From positions 18,538,001 to 18,602,000 of the forward strand of contig OX597824.1 of assembly GCA_951406725.2 (NCBI GenBank): a stretch of DNA of 64,000 nt, read 5' to 3'. This DNA is from Octopus vulgaris (taxonomy: Eukaryota). The notes under the pieces were generated by a model. It was not told where the DNA came from. It saw only the letters and a list, made by a program, of their open reading frames with translations, and did no database searches. Position numbers and translations under genes: made by a program. Of the stretch, positions 41,063-55,652 are shown in pieces. The first letter of the stretch is position 1. Every line of letters starts with the position of its first letter.

Positions 41063-41406
41063 CATCCATTACCCCAATCTGTTGTTAAGCGTGACGAGCT
41101 AACCTATACAATTTTTGTGGTACTGTATCTGGTACAAATTTCAAATGGAGGCTTTTTTTAAACGCATCACCATAATCTTCAGTTGCATTTCTTCACTGAG
41201 TTTTTCTTTGTTTCACCTGTTGTGGCTTCTGCAAAATTTCCTTTTATTTTCTCTATGATCTGAGGAATCGTTTATTTTATGTTTGTTCGTCTGTATTGTA
41301 TCACTTTCTTTTATTTCTGGAATCTTACGCGTTTTGTACGAGGTGGGTTCTGTAGTAATGCTTTCATTGGTTTCTTGGAATTATTCTATTACAGTTTCTG
41401 CAATAC

Positions 41407-41466
<60 letters not shown>

Positions 41467-41952
41467 CATCATTTATTATTATTATTATTATTATTTATTT
41501 ATTCATTTATTTCCTTTCTTTGCTTTTTTGCTATAAATCTCCGTTCATTCGCATCGAGGTGTCCTTCAGTTCTTCGGAGATTTTTCTCCACAGATCGCAC
41601 GTCTCTTAAAACACTGAATGTGTACATGCGTCGGGTACAACGATGTTCTGCAACCGGAATGCAACAAACACACATCGTTTTCGTTAATCCAATTATTTTC
41701 TTATCATTCCGGTTTTCTTCTGCACTCAATTAATAAGAAATAAGCATTACTTGCTCGCAGTTAACCTTTTACAAAAGCATGGTTTGTGCGACACATCTTA
41801 AATTATTCTCCTATCCTGATCGCCATAAACTAAAGCTAAGAAATACATTATACAACAGGTTGCCGATAACGCTCGTGTTACCGATTATTTTATTTATAAC
41901 CATGGTGATTTATTTTCAAATAACATTGGTTTTATTCATTTATTTACTATTA

Positions 41953-42160
41953 AAGCGGTGAGCTGGCAGAATACCTAACATGCCGAACAAAATGCTTAGC
42001 AGCATTTCGTCCGTCTTTATATTCTGAGTACAAATTCTGCTGCTGTTAGTTTTGCCTTTTATCCTTTTGTGTCGATAAAATAAAATATCAGTCAAGTACT
42101 AGAGATACAATCGACTTACACTCTCCCATCAAAATTGCTGGCCTTGTGCTAAAATTTGAA
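41953..42160 (+). mobile_element. SINE family B1, old
   Basis: Diverged head and body with the B1 tail. Confidence 0.7.
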
Positions 42161-42539
42161 GACATCATTGTAGTTGTTGCTTAGTTAGTTTTGTTCTGTG
42201 CCTACAAGTATAGTGGATTAGCAGAATTGTTAGAACGTTGGCCAAAATTCTTTGCAGAATTTGTGCCCCAGCATGGCCACAGCTCGTGAGCTGAAACTAG
42301 ATTAAATAAAAAAGTAAAAAATATAACCCTTTTTATAATCTGAGTTTAAATCCCACCAAGATCATACTTATCCTTCATCTTTCCAAGCACTGAGTTTGAA
42401 TTCATCAATTAATCGCCATCTCTCGCCATCTCTCAAAACTACTGGTCTTGTACTAACATTTTTTCCTGCAAGGTAAACTGGTGTGGTCTCCATTTTTTTT
42501 TTTTTTAAGTCACGTGTTTCCACAGCTCATATCTTGAAA

Positions 42540-43475
42540 CTGTAGTCCAGGGTCAAGAAAAGATCAAGATTGAGTGCCTAGCACCTGGAATGTCATCAGG
42601 TACTCACCATCCCTTAGCAGTCGAACAATGCGGCAAATGGAAGTTTTAAGTTAGCAAGGAACTAGCAGGCAAAAATTAAGGCTGGGAATTATTATGGAAA
42701 ACTGCAAGGAATCCTTGCCTTGGCAGTGGTACGAAAGGTACTACAAGTTCGAAGTAAGCTCTACAGACACAAAAGTGCTGCCAAGCGTGGCTGATCGAGA
42801 GGCGCACAGAGTGACAAAGATGTACTGCAAGGAATCGTGCCATGTCTGAACAATGCTGATCTGAACATTATTGATTCGAACTGCTGTTGTCGCGTATGAC
42901 TCTGTTAGACTGTCCGAAACGATTGTCCACTATCTATTTTTATAAAAGGCAGGTCAAGTCGTGTTCCTCTGCCCACTGGATATGGCAAAAAGAGATTGTG
43001 TGGTAGACGAAGCTGAAAGAATTGAGAAAAGACACCTTCCTTTCCGACCAAGCCATCAACAGTTTTTAAAACTTAATTTAAAAGGGAAAGTGAGGGATTG
43101 AAAAGTGAGTATTTGCTCCCAGTGAATATGTCAAAAGATGGGTTACTGTACCAAAAATGATTAGGATGAATTTACCTACTCTAAACCTGAACCTGTAGAT
43201 TTGAGAACAACATTTGGACGAGGGTTTGTGCCTTGGTGATCGTGGGAGTAGGGGACTTCTCGATCTATGGGATTCTTTGAGTAGCCCTAAAAGGCGGTTT
43301 CATGTAACAGGCGGTTTGAATAAAAGATGGGCTCATATATTTTGCATTCCAAGTATGCTTTTATCTCATGTACACATCCCCGCTTCCCCACCACATCCAG
43401 GTTCTTTCTGTAAACTCACACAAATTGTAAACTATCCAAGTAATGTCCCCTCTACTCATAACTTGTGGCAAAAAA
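42540..43475 (+). mobile_element. Decayed Tx1/L1-type LINE 3' region
   Basis: Frameshifted reading MAK/EIVW*TKLKELRKDTFLSDQAINSF...LKGKVR...SEYVKRWVTVPKMIRMN...NL* (AKxxxW motif), homologous to 22654-22840; ends TGTCCCCTCT...TTGTGGCAAAAAA. The 5' limit is uncertain. Confidence 0.7.
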
Positions 43476-43494
43476 TCCTAAAATTTATTATTAA

Positions 43495-43705
43495 GGTGGG
43501 GAGCTGGCAGCATTGTTAACACGCTGAGCAATATGCTAATTGGCATTTCGTCCGTCTTGACCTTATGAACCCGAATTCCCACCGAGGTCGACTTTGCATT
43601 TCAGTTTTTTCGGGCGCTATTACATCAGTTGCTGTCAAGCACTAGGGCCCATGTAATCAATAAGACGTTACCCAACAATTTCGGACCTTGTACCCATAAT
43701 AAATT
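43495..43705 (+). mobile_element. SINE family B1, old
   Basis: Diverged head, CCGAGGTCGACTTTGC block and B1 tail. Confidence 0.65.
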
Positions 43706-43744
43706 AAATCATAATCATTATTATTATCAATATTATTATTATTG

Positions 43745-44125
43745 GTGGAGCTGCAATGGCCCAGTGGTTAGGGCAGCGGACTCGCGGTCATAGGATCGCG
43801 GTTTCGATTCCCAGACCGGGCGTTGTGAGTGTTTATTGAGCGAAAACACCTAAAGCTCCACGAGGCTCCGGCAGGGGATGGTGGTGATCCCTGCTGTACT
43901 CTTTCACCACAACTTTCTCTCTTACTTCCTGTTTCTGTTGTACCTGTATCTCAAAGGGCCGGCCTTGTCACTCTCTGTGTCATGGTGAATATCCCCGAGA
44001 ACTACGTTAAGGGTGCACGTGTCTGTGGAGTGCTCAGCCATTTACACGTTAATTTCACGAGCAGGCTGTTCCGTTGATTCGGATCAACCGGAACCCTCGT
44101 CGTCGTAACCGACGGAGTGCTTCCA
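43745..44125 (+). mobile_element. SINE family C with tail type 1, full length
   Basis: Matches 12422-12800. Confidence 0.9.
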
Positions 44126-44137
44126 TATTATTATTAT

Positions 44138-44683
44138 TGAGTGGGAGAGCAGTGCATGCCATCAAAGTGTCACAGGGGTAAAAATAAACAAAGCCCAGTA
44201 TACCTGTCTGATAAGGGAACACTAGGCCCATGCATCAGAACCATTTGTGCGTCACATGGCGATCTTATGTCAAGATAAACAGCCCATGACTTTGCAGGTG
44301 GGGCCCAGTTAGAATTTTGTTCAGGTTAAGTAACCCATCCTGCTCAAAAGGTCCCTGAATAAGGGTTGTTTAAGGTTGTTGAACGAAACACCCATGTTTC
44401 TAGAGTTGACTTATCCAAGCCTCCAAGAATTCTTTTCAACACATGGCTATGCTGCTCTCCCACTACTTCTGCTCATGATCAGAAATGCACATATCGTCAG
44501 CCACTAAGGGACATTCTCAACTGGTTAAGGTCAAGCAATTGACAAGCAAATCTGTGGGACTGAGCAGAATATTTGCTGTTAGCCCATCTTTTATACCAAG
44601 ACAAAACAATGTACATGATAACACTTCCAATCAGTTAAGACAAGTAACCATGAGAGCCACTGCCTGGTACTGCATCGGGGCAT
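44138..44683 (-). mobile_element. Family D: unclassified ~545-bp non-coding element ending in (AAT)n
   Basis: Fragments recur at 4991-5156 and 10795-10845; no tRNA head or ORF. Orientation is inferred from the (AAT)n tail. Confidence 0.65.
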
Positions 44684-44745
44684 AGCCACTGCCTCGTACT
44701 GTAGATTAGAGTAAGGCCAAGCAGTTATTATTATTATTATTATCA

Positions 44746-45062
<317 letters not shown>

Positions 45063-45354
45063 CGAAAATTATAATTTTTTTTTTTCGTTGTTCTTGTTAT
45101 TTCATTTAAAAAGTTCATGTGATATAATTAGTAATTATACGTTAATTAATCATATATATTTGAGATAAGACTTGGGGACGAAACGTAAGTCACATCAACA
45201 TCATCAATCTATCCGTGAAAGTTTCATTGTTAGCGGTACAAACCCTAAGATGAACACACGCGCATACTCACCGCACATACATATACACACATTCAAAAGA
45301 AAACACACATACATAGGCACACACCTACATACATGCATACATGAATGCTTACAT

Positions 45355-45355
45355 T

Positions 45356-45429
<74 letters not shown>

Positions 45430-45430
45430 T

Positions 45431-45499
<69 letters not shown>

Positions 45500-46189
45500 A
45501 TATATGTATATACATATATACATATAAAGGTACATATATATACATATAAAAACATATAAAGGCACACACATATATATATATATGCATGTTTGTATGTATG
45601 TATGTATGTATATATAAGTAGGTATGCATTTAGTATATGTATAGAAGTAGCAATATAGGTGCATATATATATATATATTGTATATATAATAACACAGGAA
45701 TATACGTGTCTACACACGAGCCGCTATGTATATATTGCGTATGTATATATGCATGTGTGTAAAAATACATATTACCGATATGTGTGTGTGTGTAAGTACT
45801 CACACATACACGCTTACACACACACTCACACAGATAAGGACAGAGTTTGAATGACAACCATTTTTCTATGTTATCTTTTTTTTCATTTTCTTCTTCCATT
45901 CTCATCCGTTGGGTTGTGTAGGTTAGAGTAAGGCCAAGCAGTTATTGAAGAAATTAATCAAATTCTATGTTCCCTGTAGTGGCCAGCGTCTCTCACGTTT
46001 TGAACTTTCCTGTACTCAATCATGCCACATCACTACGAGTGTGGAGTGACGTTTTATTGGAGGTGGTCACCTACTGACGTAAACTCACTTCATCACCTGT
46101 TTTTTTTCATCTACTCAACCACACTTCTCAGCGAGTGTGTATTTTTTTAGCATTTGTGCTCTCATTGTTGTTGTGGTAAGATTTCATGA

Positions 46190-46267
<78 letters not shown>

Positions 46268-46443
46268 TTATCTAACTATCTATTTATCTACCTATCTATC
46301 TACCTATTTATCTATCTATCCATTTATCTATCTATCCATTTATCTATCTATCTATCTATCTAACTATCTATCTGTCTGCCTATCTGTCTGCCTCTCTATC
46401 TATATATCTACCTATCTATCCATCTATCTAATTTTCTACCTAC

Positions 46444-46505
<62 letters not shown>

Positions 46506-46559
46506 ATATATATATACATACATGCATATATGTATGTATGTATGTATATGCATATATAC

Positions 46560-46611
<52 letters not shown>

Positions 46612-46851
46612 ATGTGTATTCATATATGTATATATACATATATAGATATATATATATTCATATATGTATATATACATATATATATATATGTACTGAATAG
46701 AATGAGACAACATAGCCAGAGTTGTTTGAAATTTTATATATATATATATATTATATTCATACATACGCCCCTACATATATACACGCACATACACATAGTA
46801 ATTATATACATCTAAACACTTGTTTGTTTGTTTTGTGTGCGTGGGTTTGTA

Positions 46852-46935
<84 letters not shown>

Positions 46936-47062
46936 GGGCATTTAGATGTGCAAATAAAAGTAAAAGAAATGCTGATTACGTGTACGATGATTTTCACACG
47001 AACATACACACACACACAAACACACACACAGGCACACACACACACATACACACACACACACA
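45355..47062. repeat. Microsatellite-dense zone: (TA)n, (TATC)n, (TG)n, (CA)n
   Basis: Seen directly; interrupted by unique sequence at about 45830-46190. Confidence 0.85.
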
Positions 47063-47536
47063 TTGATAATAAACTAGAAATCTAACAGTACTCAAACCGA
47101 AATTCCAATTTTGTTCCAGCCCTCATAATAAACCGAAAACCCATATTCTTACGCAAGTGCCATAGTACTTGGGATCAAAGCCACGATTCAACCAAGAATT
47201 TATTTTGCCTCTGCAAATTTTAAAATTTTCCATTGTTCCCATACATTTCTCTTGCTGATTGTTGCTGTTATTGTTGTTGTTTTTGTTTTCATTATTGGTA
47301 GTGGTGGTAGTGTTGGTGGTGGTGTTTTCACTTTATAAGGCTTTTTTTTTGTCTTCGGCTTGGGACGGGTATTTGTGTTGAAGGATTAATGGCAATGTTA
47401 CGGGTGTTCTACCTGACATGGGGTCACCAATATTTACCCTGATTTTAATGTTTGTCGATTGTCGTCGGTCAGAAGAGGCGTATGTAAGTTTCGAGTGGAA
47501 AAGAAACGCTAAAAGTTATTCCCTATCAACGTGTAA

Positions 47537-47578
<42 letters not shown>

Positions 47579-47654
47579 AAACGTACCACACGCAAACACA
47601 CAAGATACGTGTATGCGCGCATGTTATCACACACATTAATATGAGCATGCATGT

Positions 47655-47709
<55 letters not shown>

Positions 47710-47736
47710 CATACATACATACATACATACATACAT

Positions 47737-47871
<135 letters not shown>

Positions 47872-47914
47872 CATACATAGATAGATACATAGATAGATTG
47901 ATTGATAGAAAGAT

Positions 47915-48125
47915 GTGTTTTTGTGTGTCTGTGTTTTTTTTCCCATCATCTCTTGACAACCAATATTAATGTGTTTGCGTCCCTGTAAAATAGAGGTTCA
48001 GCAAAAGACCCCGATAGAATAAGTACTATGATTATAAAGAATAAGTCCTGGGATCGTTTTGTTCGACTACGGGTCGTGCTTCAATATGGTCGCAGTCAAA
48101 TGACTGAAACAATTAAAAGATTAAA
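47915..48125 (+). mobile_element. SINE family A, 3' half, diverged
   Basis: Tail hairpin CAGTCAAATGACTG present. Confidence 0.75.
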
Positions 48126-48128
48126 TGA

Positions 48129-48178
<50 letters not shown>

Positions 48179-48189
48179 CAACAATACTA

Positions 48190-48261
<72 letters not shown>

Positions 48262-48561
48262 AATCTTTTAAATTAAACAAAAAAAACTTATATAGTTATT
48301 TATTTCTATTTGTTTATTTACCTGTGTATTTTATTTATTATGTTTTCGGTTTTGTTTATATTGTAACCAGTTTATGAGGATCCTCTACCGTCATATGTTG
48401 TGGTGTGTGCTAGTGTTCCATTCCAGCAAAAGAGAACGATTAAAAAAAGTATTGTTATCGAATCGTTCGACTAAAACTCTTCAAAGCGGTGCCCCAGCGT
48501 GGCCGCAGTCCCATTACTGAAATTCGGAAAAAGATAAAAGAAAAACCTTCATGTACGTATA

Positions 48562-49043
48562 TTCTTTTGTTCTTTTACTTGTTTCAGTCATTTGAGTGCG
48601 GCCATGCTGGAGCACCGCCTTTAATTTAACAAATTGCCCCCGTGAGTTATTCTTTGTAAGCCTAGTACTTATTCTATCGGTTACTTTTGCCGAACCGCTA
48701 TGTTGCGGGGACGTAAACACACGAACATCGGTTGTGAAGCGATGCTGGGGGGAGAAACGGAGGCACACAAACATTTAGATATATATATACACGTATATAT
48801 GACGGGATTCTTTCAGTTTCCCTCTAATAAATCCACTAGCAAGGCTTTGGCCGGCCCATGGCTATATATAGAATATATATATACGACGGGATTATTCCAA
48901 TTTCCATCTACCAAATCCACTCACAAGGATTTGGTCGGCCCGAGGCTATAGTAGAAGACACTTGCCCAAGGTGCTACGCAGTGGGACTGAACCCGGAACC
49001 ATGTGATTGGGAACGAAGCTTCGTACTACACAGTCACGCCTGC
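48562..49043 (-). mobile_element. SINE family A with internal ~80-bp duplication
   Basis: The GACGGG...AAATCCACT...GGCCC block occurs twice (about 48800 and 48885). Confidence 0.8.
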
Positions 49044-49137
49044 ACCCAACACGCACACACACACACACTCACACACACACACACAGATATATATATATAT
49101 ATATTAAATATGTATATCTATACATATATACATAGAC

Positions 49138-49238
<101 letters not shown>

Positions 49239-49645
49239 TACATATATATATATGTATGTGTGTGTGTGCGTGCGTATGCATATATGCTTGTACAGGTATG
49301 TATGTCTATATGCAATTATATCCTAGTATTTGCATAAAAATGTATATGTGTGTATGCGCGTGTGTTAATAAGATATTGTTTTTTATACATGCTGACATAC
49401 TGCAATTATTATTGGATTTTCTCTCAGACTGTGAACCAGTGCCGGGGTCAGGGGCCGTAATTGGATATTTAATATAATTTATCACTTTGACATGATGGAA
49501 ACCCATTTATATAAAATATTTCGATTTTGTATTTATTTGACAAGTTTCTTGTTAAATCGCATGCTGAAACGGAGGCAGTTGTGTCTTGGTAGGATCAGCT
49601 TATCAGTACCCGTGTCTTTTTTTATTATCAGTATGGCACACGCTT

Positions 49646-49895
49646 GTAGAGGCGCGTGGCTTAGTGGTTAGGGTGTCAGCATCATGATCGTAACATTGTG
49701 GTTTCGATTCATGGACCGGGCGACGCGTTGTGTTCTTGAGAAAAGCACTTCATTTCACGTTGCTCCAGTCCACTCAGCGAGCAAAAATGAGTAACGCTGC
49801 GATGGACTGGCGTCCCGTCTAGCTGGGGAACACATACGCCATAGAAACTGGGAAACCGGGCCCATGAGCATGGCTAGACCTTAAAAGGGCGCATT
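49646..49895 (+). mobile_element. SINE family E with tail type 2 and 14-bp TSD (one mismatch)
   Basis: TATG(G/A)CACACGCTT at 49632 and 49906. Confidence 0.88.
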
Positions 49896-50064
49896 TATCT
49901 ATTTTTATGACACACGCTTCACAAAATATTAAGCTAGTTAGTATCTTCGTTTACAGAATATTCCACAATTTTAAAGACCCTCCTTTAGTCTTCAATGTGT
50001 TAGTACGTGCTCTAATGTATGATATTTTTGATTTTTAGTTTTAATGTTTGTTATGTTATGTATA

Positions 50065-50387
50065 GGAGGCGCAATGGCCCAGTGGTTTCGATTCCCAGAC
50101 CGGGCGTTGTGAGTGTTTATTGAGCGAAAACACCTAAAGCTCCACGATGCTCCGGCAGGGGATGGTGGTGATCCCTGCTGTATTCTTTCACCACAACTTT
50201 CTCTCACTCTTACTTCCTGTTTCTGTTGTACCTGTATTTCAAAGGGCCTGAATATCCCCGAGAACTACGTTAAGGGTACACGTGTCTGTGGAGTGCTCAG
50301 CCACTTACACATTAATTTCACGAGCAGGCTGTTCCGTTGATTCGGATCAACCGGAACCCTCGTCGTCGTAACCGACGGAGTGCTTCC
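50065..50387 (+). mobile_element. SINE family C, tail type 1, two internal deletions, 12-bp TSD
   Basis: TATGTTATGTAT at 50052 and 50392. Confidence 0.85.
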
Positions 50388-50595
50388 TCTCTATGTTATG
50401 TATGATGTTTTGATATATATCATATCTCCTGTTTGCGCTTGAAGGCTGACCTAGCCATCAAATTAATACAGTTACGCCAAAGTTACGTAGTCTGTGGTTG
50501 ATTCTTATAGCCTGTCACATGGGTTCTGGGGCGAGGTTCTTTTTTTCTTTTTTCGCTTTGAATCATAGCTTTAAATGCACCAAGACCTTATGACT

Positions 50596-50671
50596 GGAAA
50601 AAAGCAACAAGAATGGATTAAAATCTCGGTAAATTTACCGAGATTTTAATCCATTCTTGTTGCTTTTTTCC
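50596..50671. repeat. Perfect 76-bp palindrome with no spacer
   Basis: 38-bp arms centred at 50633/50634. Confidence 0.95.
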
Positions 50672-50792
50672 TATTTATAATCACCCCATTTGTCGTATGG
50701 TTAACACCATATAGATATCCGGTGCATCCTAGTTAAGGACCATATTCATGTGAATTCTTTAGAATTCACTATAATCTCAATTACTTAACCGA

Positions 50793-50830
<38 letters not shown>

Positions 50831-50837
50831 GTATATA

Positions 50838-51427
<590 letters not shown>

Positions 51428-51441
51428 AACACGTGAGTGTA

Positions 51442-51472
<31 letters not shown>

Positions 51473-51534
51473 ATAGAAAGTGTGTGTGTGTATGTGTATG
51501 TGAGAGAGAGAGAGCGAAAGAGAAAGAGAGAAGG

Positions 51535-51577
<43 letters not shown>

Positions 51578-52099
51578 ACATATGTATCTATCTATCTGTA
51601 TGTGTGTGTGAGTGTGCGTCCGTGTGTATCTCTATACACTAGTGCCAGTATGTGAAAAATATGAGATTTGATAGCCAATGTCTTACGTATGATCTAAAAC
51701 ATTCCACATTCTGTATTTCAGTTGTTCTAAAGCCATGATTGATTATCTTAACCCCATCACAGAGAAAATATTTGAAGCAAAAATCTGGCAAAAAAGAAAA
51801 GATTACATTCGTTGCTCGGCAAATGTTACATTTTGTCCACTTCAAACAAGGGTGTCTGCTCTACAGCTGTCCAACAGATTGTGAGACGTTTGTGACAACG
51901 TAAAATTTAAGGCTGAATATAGTACATACGTAAATATGTAAGTGTGTGTTTATGTTTGCGCGTCTATGTATGCGTGTGTGTATATGTGCATATATCTGTA
52001 TAACAATCCTAGCTATTCTCTCCCTCCCTCTTTCTCTCTTTCTCGCTTCCTCTCTGTCTCTCTATCTCTCACTCAATCGCCATGATAGACCGTTAGCTC

Positions 52100-52290
52100 C
52101 TACACGCACTTTTTTCTCTCCTTGTTTTTTTTTCTCTCCTTGTTTCTTTTGTGTGTATCTTTCTGTCGAAGAGCGTAGGCTCGAAACGTAAAAGACATTT
52201 TTTTTATTCCTGAGCGCCATACTAATACATTTGTTTGTTTGTACTCCACCTGCCTTCGTCTTTTGTTTCTTTTCGTAAACCTTCCCGTTA
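52100..52290 (+). mobile_element. Family P relative with hammerhead-like motif at 52158-52195
   Basis: TCTTT-CTGTCGA-A-GAGC(GTAG)GCTC-GAAACGTA-AAAGA, then TTCCTGAGCG as in family P. Confidence 0.6.
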
Positions 52291-52540
52291 TAAATGTATA
52301 TAACATAATATACAAATGTGAAAACTACTTTCTGTGTGTCAGTGTGTCAAACTCCGGACCCCTCTCTCATTGACACTCCTCCTATTGTTCATGCTGGGCT
52401 GAGAGTAATAGTAGGCATAGAGACGGTGAGGGCGGTGGCGAAATCAGACAGAGAGAGAGAGAGAGAGAAAGAGTGACAAACAAATTTTGGAAGAGTTGAT
52501 GATGCTTTTATTAAAATCAGTAGTGTTGATGGTGGCAGTA

Positions 52541-52950
52541 TGCAGAAGTGGCTGTGTGGTAAGTAGCTTGCTGTAAAAACTGTTGTGAGAGTTTCAATAC
52601 CTCGCTTTGTTTAAAAACAAAAAGAACAATGTTTTAGAGAAGAAGAAAATCGGCGGGCGTTTTTGCCTTCTCTCATCAATATGAGCCTTATTTTATCATT
52701 CACCTCATCAATGTATATGTCCAGCCCGCAGCTACTCTTTGTAATGCCTTCATAGCAATTTTTTTTATGAAATAAAGTAACTTGCTTACCAACCACATGG
52801 TTCCGAGCACCTTGCGCCGACCAAAGCTTTTTGAGTGGATTTGATAGACGGAAAGGGAAAGAAGCCCGTCGTATATCTATATGTGTGTGTGTGTGTGTGC
52901 GTATGCTTGTGTATATGTGTTTCTTCCCCACCAACAACGCTTGGCAACCG
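52541..52950 (+). mobile_element. SINE family A 5' part interrupted by a 202-bp insertion
   Basis: AAGTA(G/A)CTTGCT duplicated at 52561 and 52775. Confidence 0.75.
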
Positions 52951-53422
52951 AGAGAGAGAGAGAGAGAAAAGTAAGTGTGTGAGAGACTGAACACTGAACC
53001 AACGTCCTGAACTAACATACTGAACACAATTCTTTTACACATATGTTTAGCCTTTTCTTGATGGCAATAGGGTGATAGTAATAGTATGAGCTGTAGTTGT
53101 GATGCAGGTGAAGGCGGCGGTGATGATGCTTGGGGTGGGGGTGGGGGGTAGTCGAGGCGCTCAGAGATGACGGTGAGAGTAAGTAATGTGAAAGGCAGTG
53201 GTGATGGTGGTGGAGGGGAAGGCGGCGAAGTTAAAGGTATTGATGGCAGTGGCGTCAGAAGTCTGACTGGTGTGTGTACGGCAGATGTAGTGGCGATGGT
53301 GGTGGTACTACTGTTTATCGTGCAGCTCTGCAATAAGTTCAAAGACGACAAATTTTATCATTGTTTTGAAGAAAATTGTTCATTGCTTGAAAAATATTGG
53401 TCAAGTTTAATAAAATTCAATG

Positions 53423-53790
53423 TGCAGGAGTGGCTGGGTGGTAAGTAGCTTGCTTACCAACCACTTGGTTCCGGGTTCAGCCCCACTGCGTTGAACCTTA
53501 GGCCGACTAAAGCCTTGTGAGTGGATTTGGTAGACGGAAACTGAAAGAATCCCGTCGTATATCTATGTGTGTGTGTGTGTGTGTGTGTGGTGAGTGCATG
53601 TTTGTGGGTATGTGTTTCTCCCCCACCAACATCGCTTGACAACCGATGCTGGTGTGTTTACGTCCCCGTAACTTAGAGGTTCGGCAAAACAGACCGATAG
53701 AATAAGTTCTGGGGTCCTTTTGCTCGACTAAAGGCGGTGCTCCAGCATAGCCGCAGTCAAATGACTGAAGTACGTAGAAGAATAAAAGAA
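53423..53790 (+). mobile_element. SINE family A with deletions
   Basis: Colinear with the other A copies. Confidence 0.85.
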
Positions 53791-53912
53791 TTAAAGAACG
53801 TACTCAATGCATGGAGTGTTATTGCTATGGCGGCTTTTAAGCTAATACTTCTATACATATGTAGGTATGTGTGTGTGTATATATATCTATATATATACCT
53901 CGCTCAGAGATT

Positions 53913-53963
<51 letters not shown>

Positions 53964-54013
53964 TATATATATGTGTGTGTGTGTACATATATACAAACAT
54001 ATATACATATAAA

Positions 54014-54050
<37 letters not shown>

Positions 54051-54163
54051 AACACACTTACACAGACATATTTATATATGTATTTGTATTTATGTAAGTA
54101 TGTACATATTTATGCATATATATGTGTGTACATATAATGGGTATACATATATATATATATTGA

Positions 54164-54237
<74 letters not shown>

Positions 54238-55242
54238 AGTAAAGAAGGAAAGTTCGCAAGCCAGAAGTGCAATTCTTTTTAGCGATATTTTAGGTAGAGT
54301 TTCTTTTACATCAAAATATATTGAATTACTGCAAATTCTTTCCAGAAATATCGCTTCTATAAGCAACCTAAGCTTCCAGTCAAAATTACATTCACAAACT
54401 TCGTCAATTTTATCTTTGGCTATGAAAAACACGTTGGCATATCAAGGTCTCCGACCTCTCTTAGTAGCACTGGCTTCGTATTCTTGACTAAAATTTGGTG
54501 TGTTGTTCTTTTTTTTTGTTATTTATATATTTCATGTATGTGAGACGAAACTACAGAGAACTGAAAGCCAACCAAGTAATAAACAGATATTTCTACATAT
54601 GTAGAACAAAACAAAAAAACATTAGGTCTTAGTTTCAGGTAAACTCAACTAATATAACTGTGATTTGTAATCTGGGCGCAAATCCGTTAATTTTTGTATG
54701 AAGTACCACGTCGATTTTATCATAATTATTATACGACTTGAAGAGTGTTCTGGTTGTTTTTCACACGCTGTAAAACCAAGTTGAACTTGCTACTGCAACT
54801 GTGGCATAAGTATAAACAGAGAACTTCCAGCTATTTCTATATATATATATATATATATATAACACGACTTGAAGCTGACTTAATCTTTGTTTCTGTGTGA
54901 GTATTATTAGGTTTCTAAACAAATTACGTCCAGATTATAAAGCATGATTTTTTCAAGAACGGATTTAGCAAAGCGAAAATTTAATATCATTGGTTGATGG
55001 AAAGGCAGAACTTATTTACCACATCGAGAATATTCGCTGCTGGACATAAATGAATTCTATTTTATCAACTTCACAAAACTGAAGGCAAAGTTGATCGGGC
55101 AGGTATTGAACCCTTGCAATAAACTAATGCGACCGAATAGCTCACATTTTAGCGTTTATCTTTTATTTATTTCAGTCATTAGACTGCGGCCATGCTAGGG
55201 CATAACTTTTAAGGGATTTACTCGAACAAATTGACATCACGT

Positions 55243-55652
55243 AGGAGTAGGAGTGGCTGTGTGGTAAGTAGCTTGTTTACCAACCCCATGGTTCTGGGTT
55301 CATTCCCACTACGAGGCACCTTGGGCAAGTGTCTTCTACTATAGCCTCGGGCTGACCAAAGCCTTGTGAGTGGATTTGGTAGACGGAAACTGAAAGAAGC
55401 CCGTCGTAGATATGTATATGTATATGTGTGTATATATGTTTGTATGTCTGTGTTTGTACCCCCAACATCGCTTGACAACCGATGCTGGTGTGTTTAGTCC
55501 CCGTAACTTAGCAGTTCGGCAAAAGAGACCGATAGAATAATTACTAGGCTTACAATGAATAAGTCCTGGGGTCGTTTGCTCGACTAAAGGCGATGCTCCA
55601 GCATGGCTACTGTCAAATGACTGAAACAAGTAAAAGAATAAAATAGTAAAAG
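55243..55652 (+). mobile_element. SINE family A nested in an older minus-strand A-like copy
   Basis: Older tail at 55155-55238 continues at about 55655-55785. Confidence 0.85.

Noticed and set aside
43745-43820. SINE heads as true tRNA genes
   Set aside because: A and B boxes are present, but there is no complete cloverleaf and each head continues into a SINE body.
44440-44500. CTGACGA word in family D (minus strand) as a hammerhead
   Set aside because: It is followed by GAAG rather than GAAA and has no convincing stem III.
54240-54490. Minus-strand ORF or possible exon
   Set aside because: No recognisable domain, and the frame runs into microsatellite.
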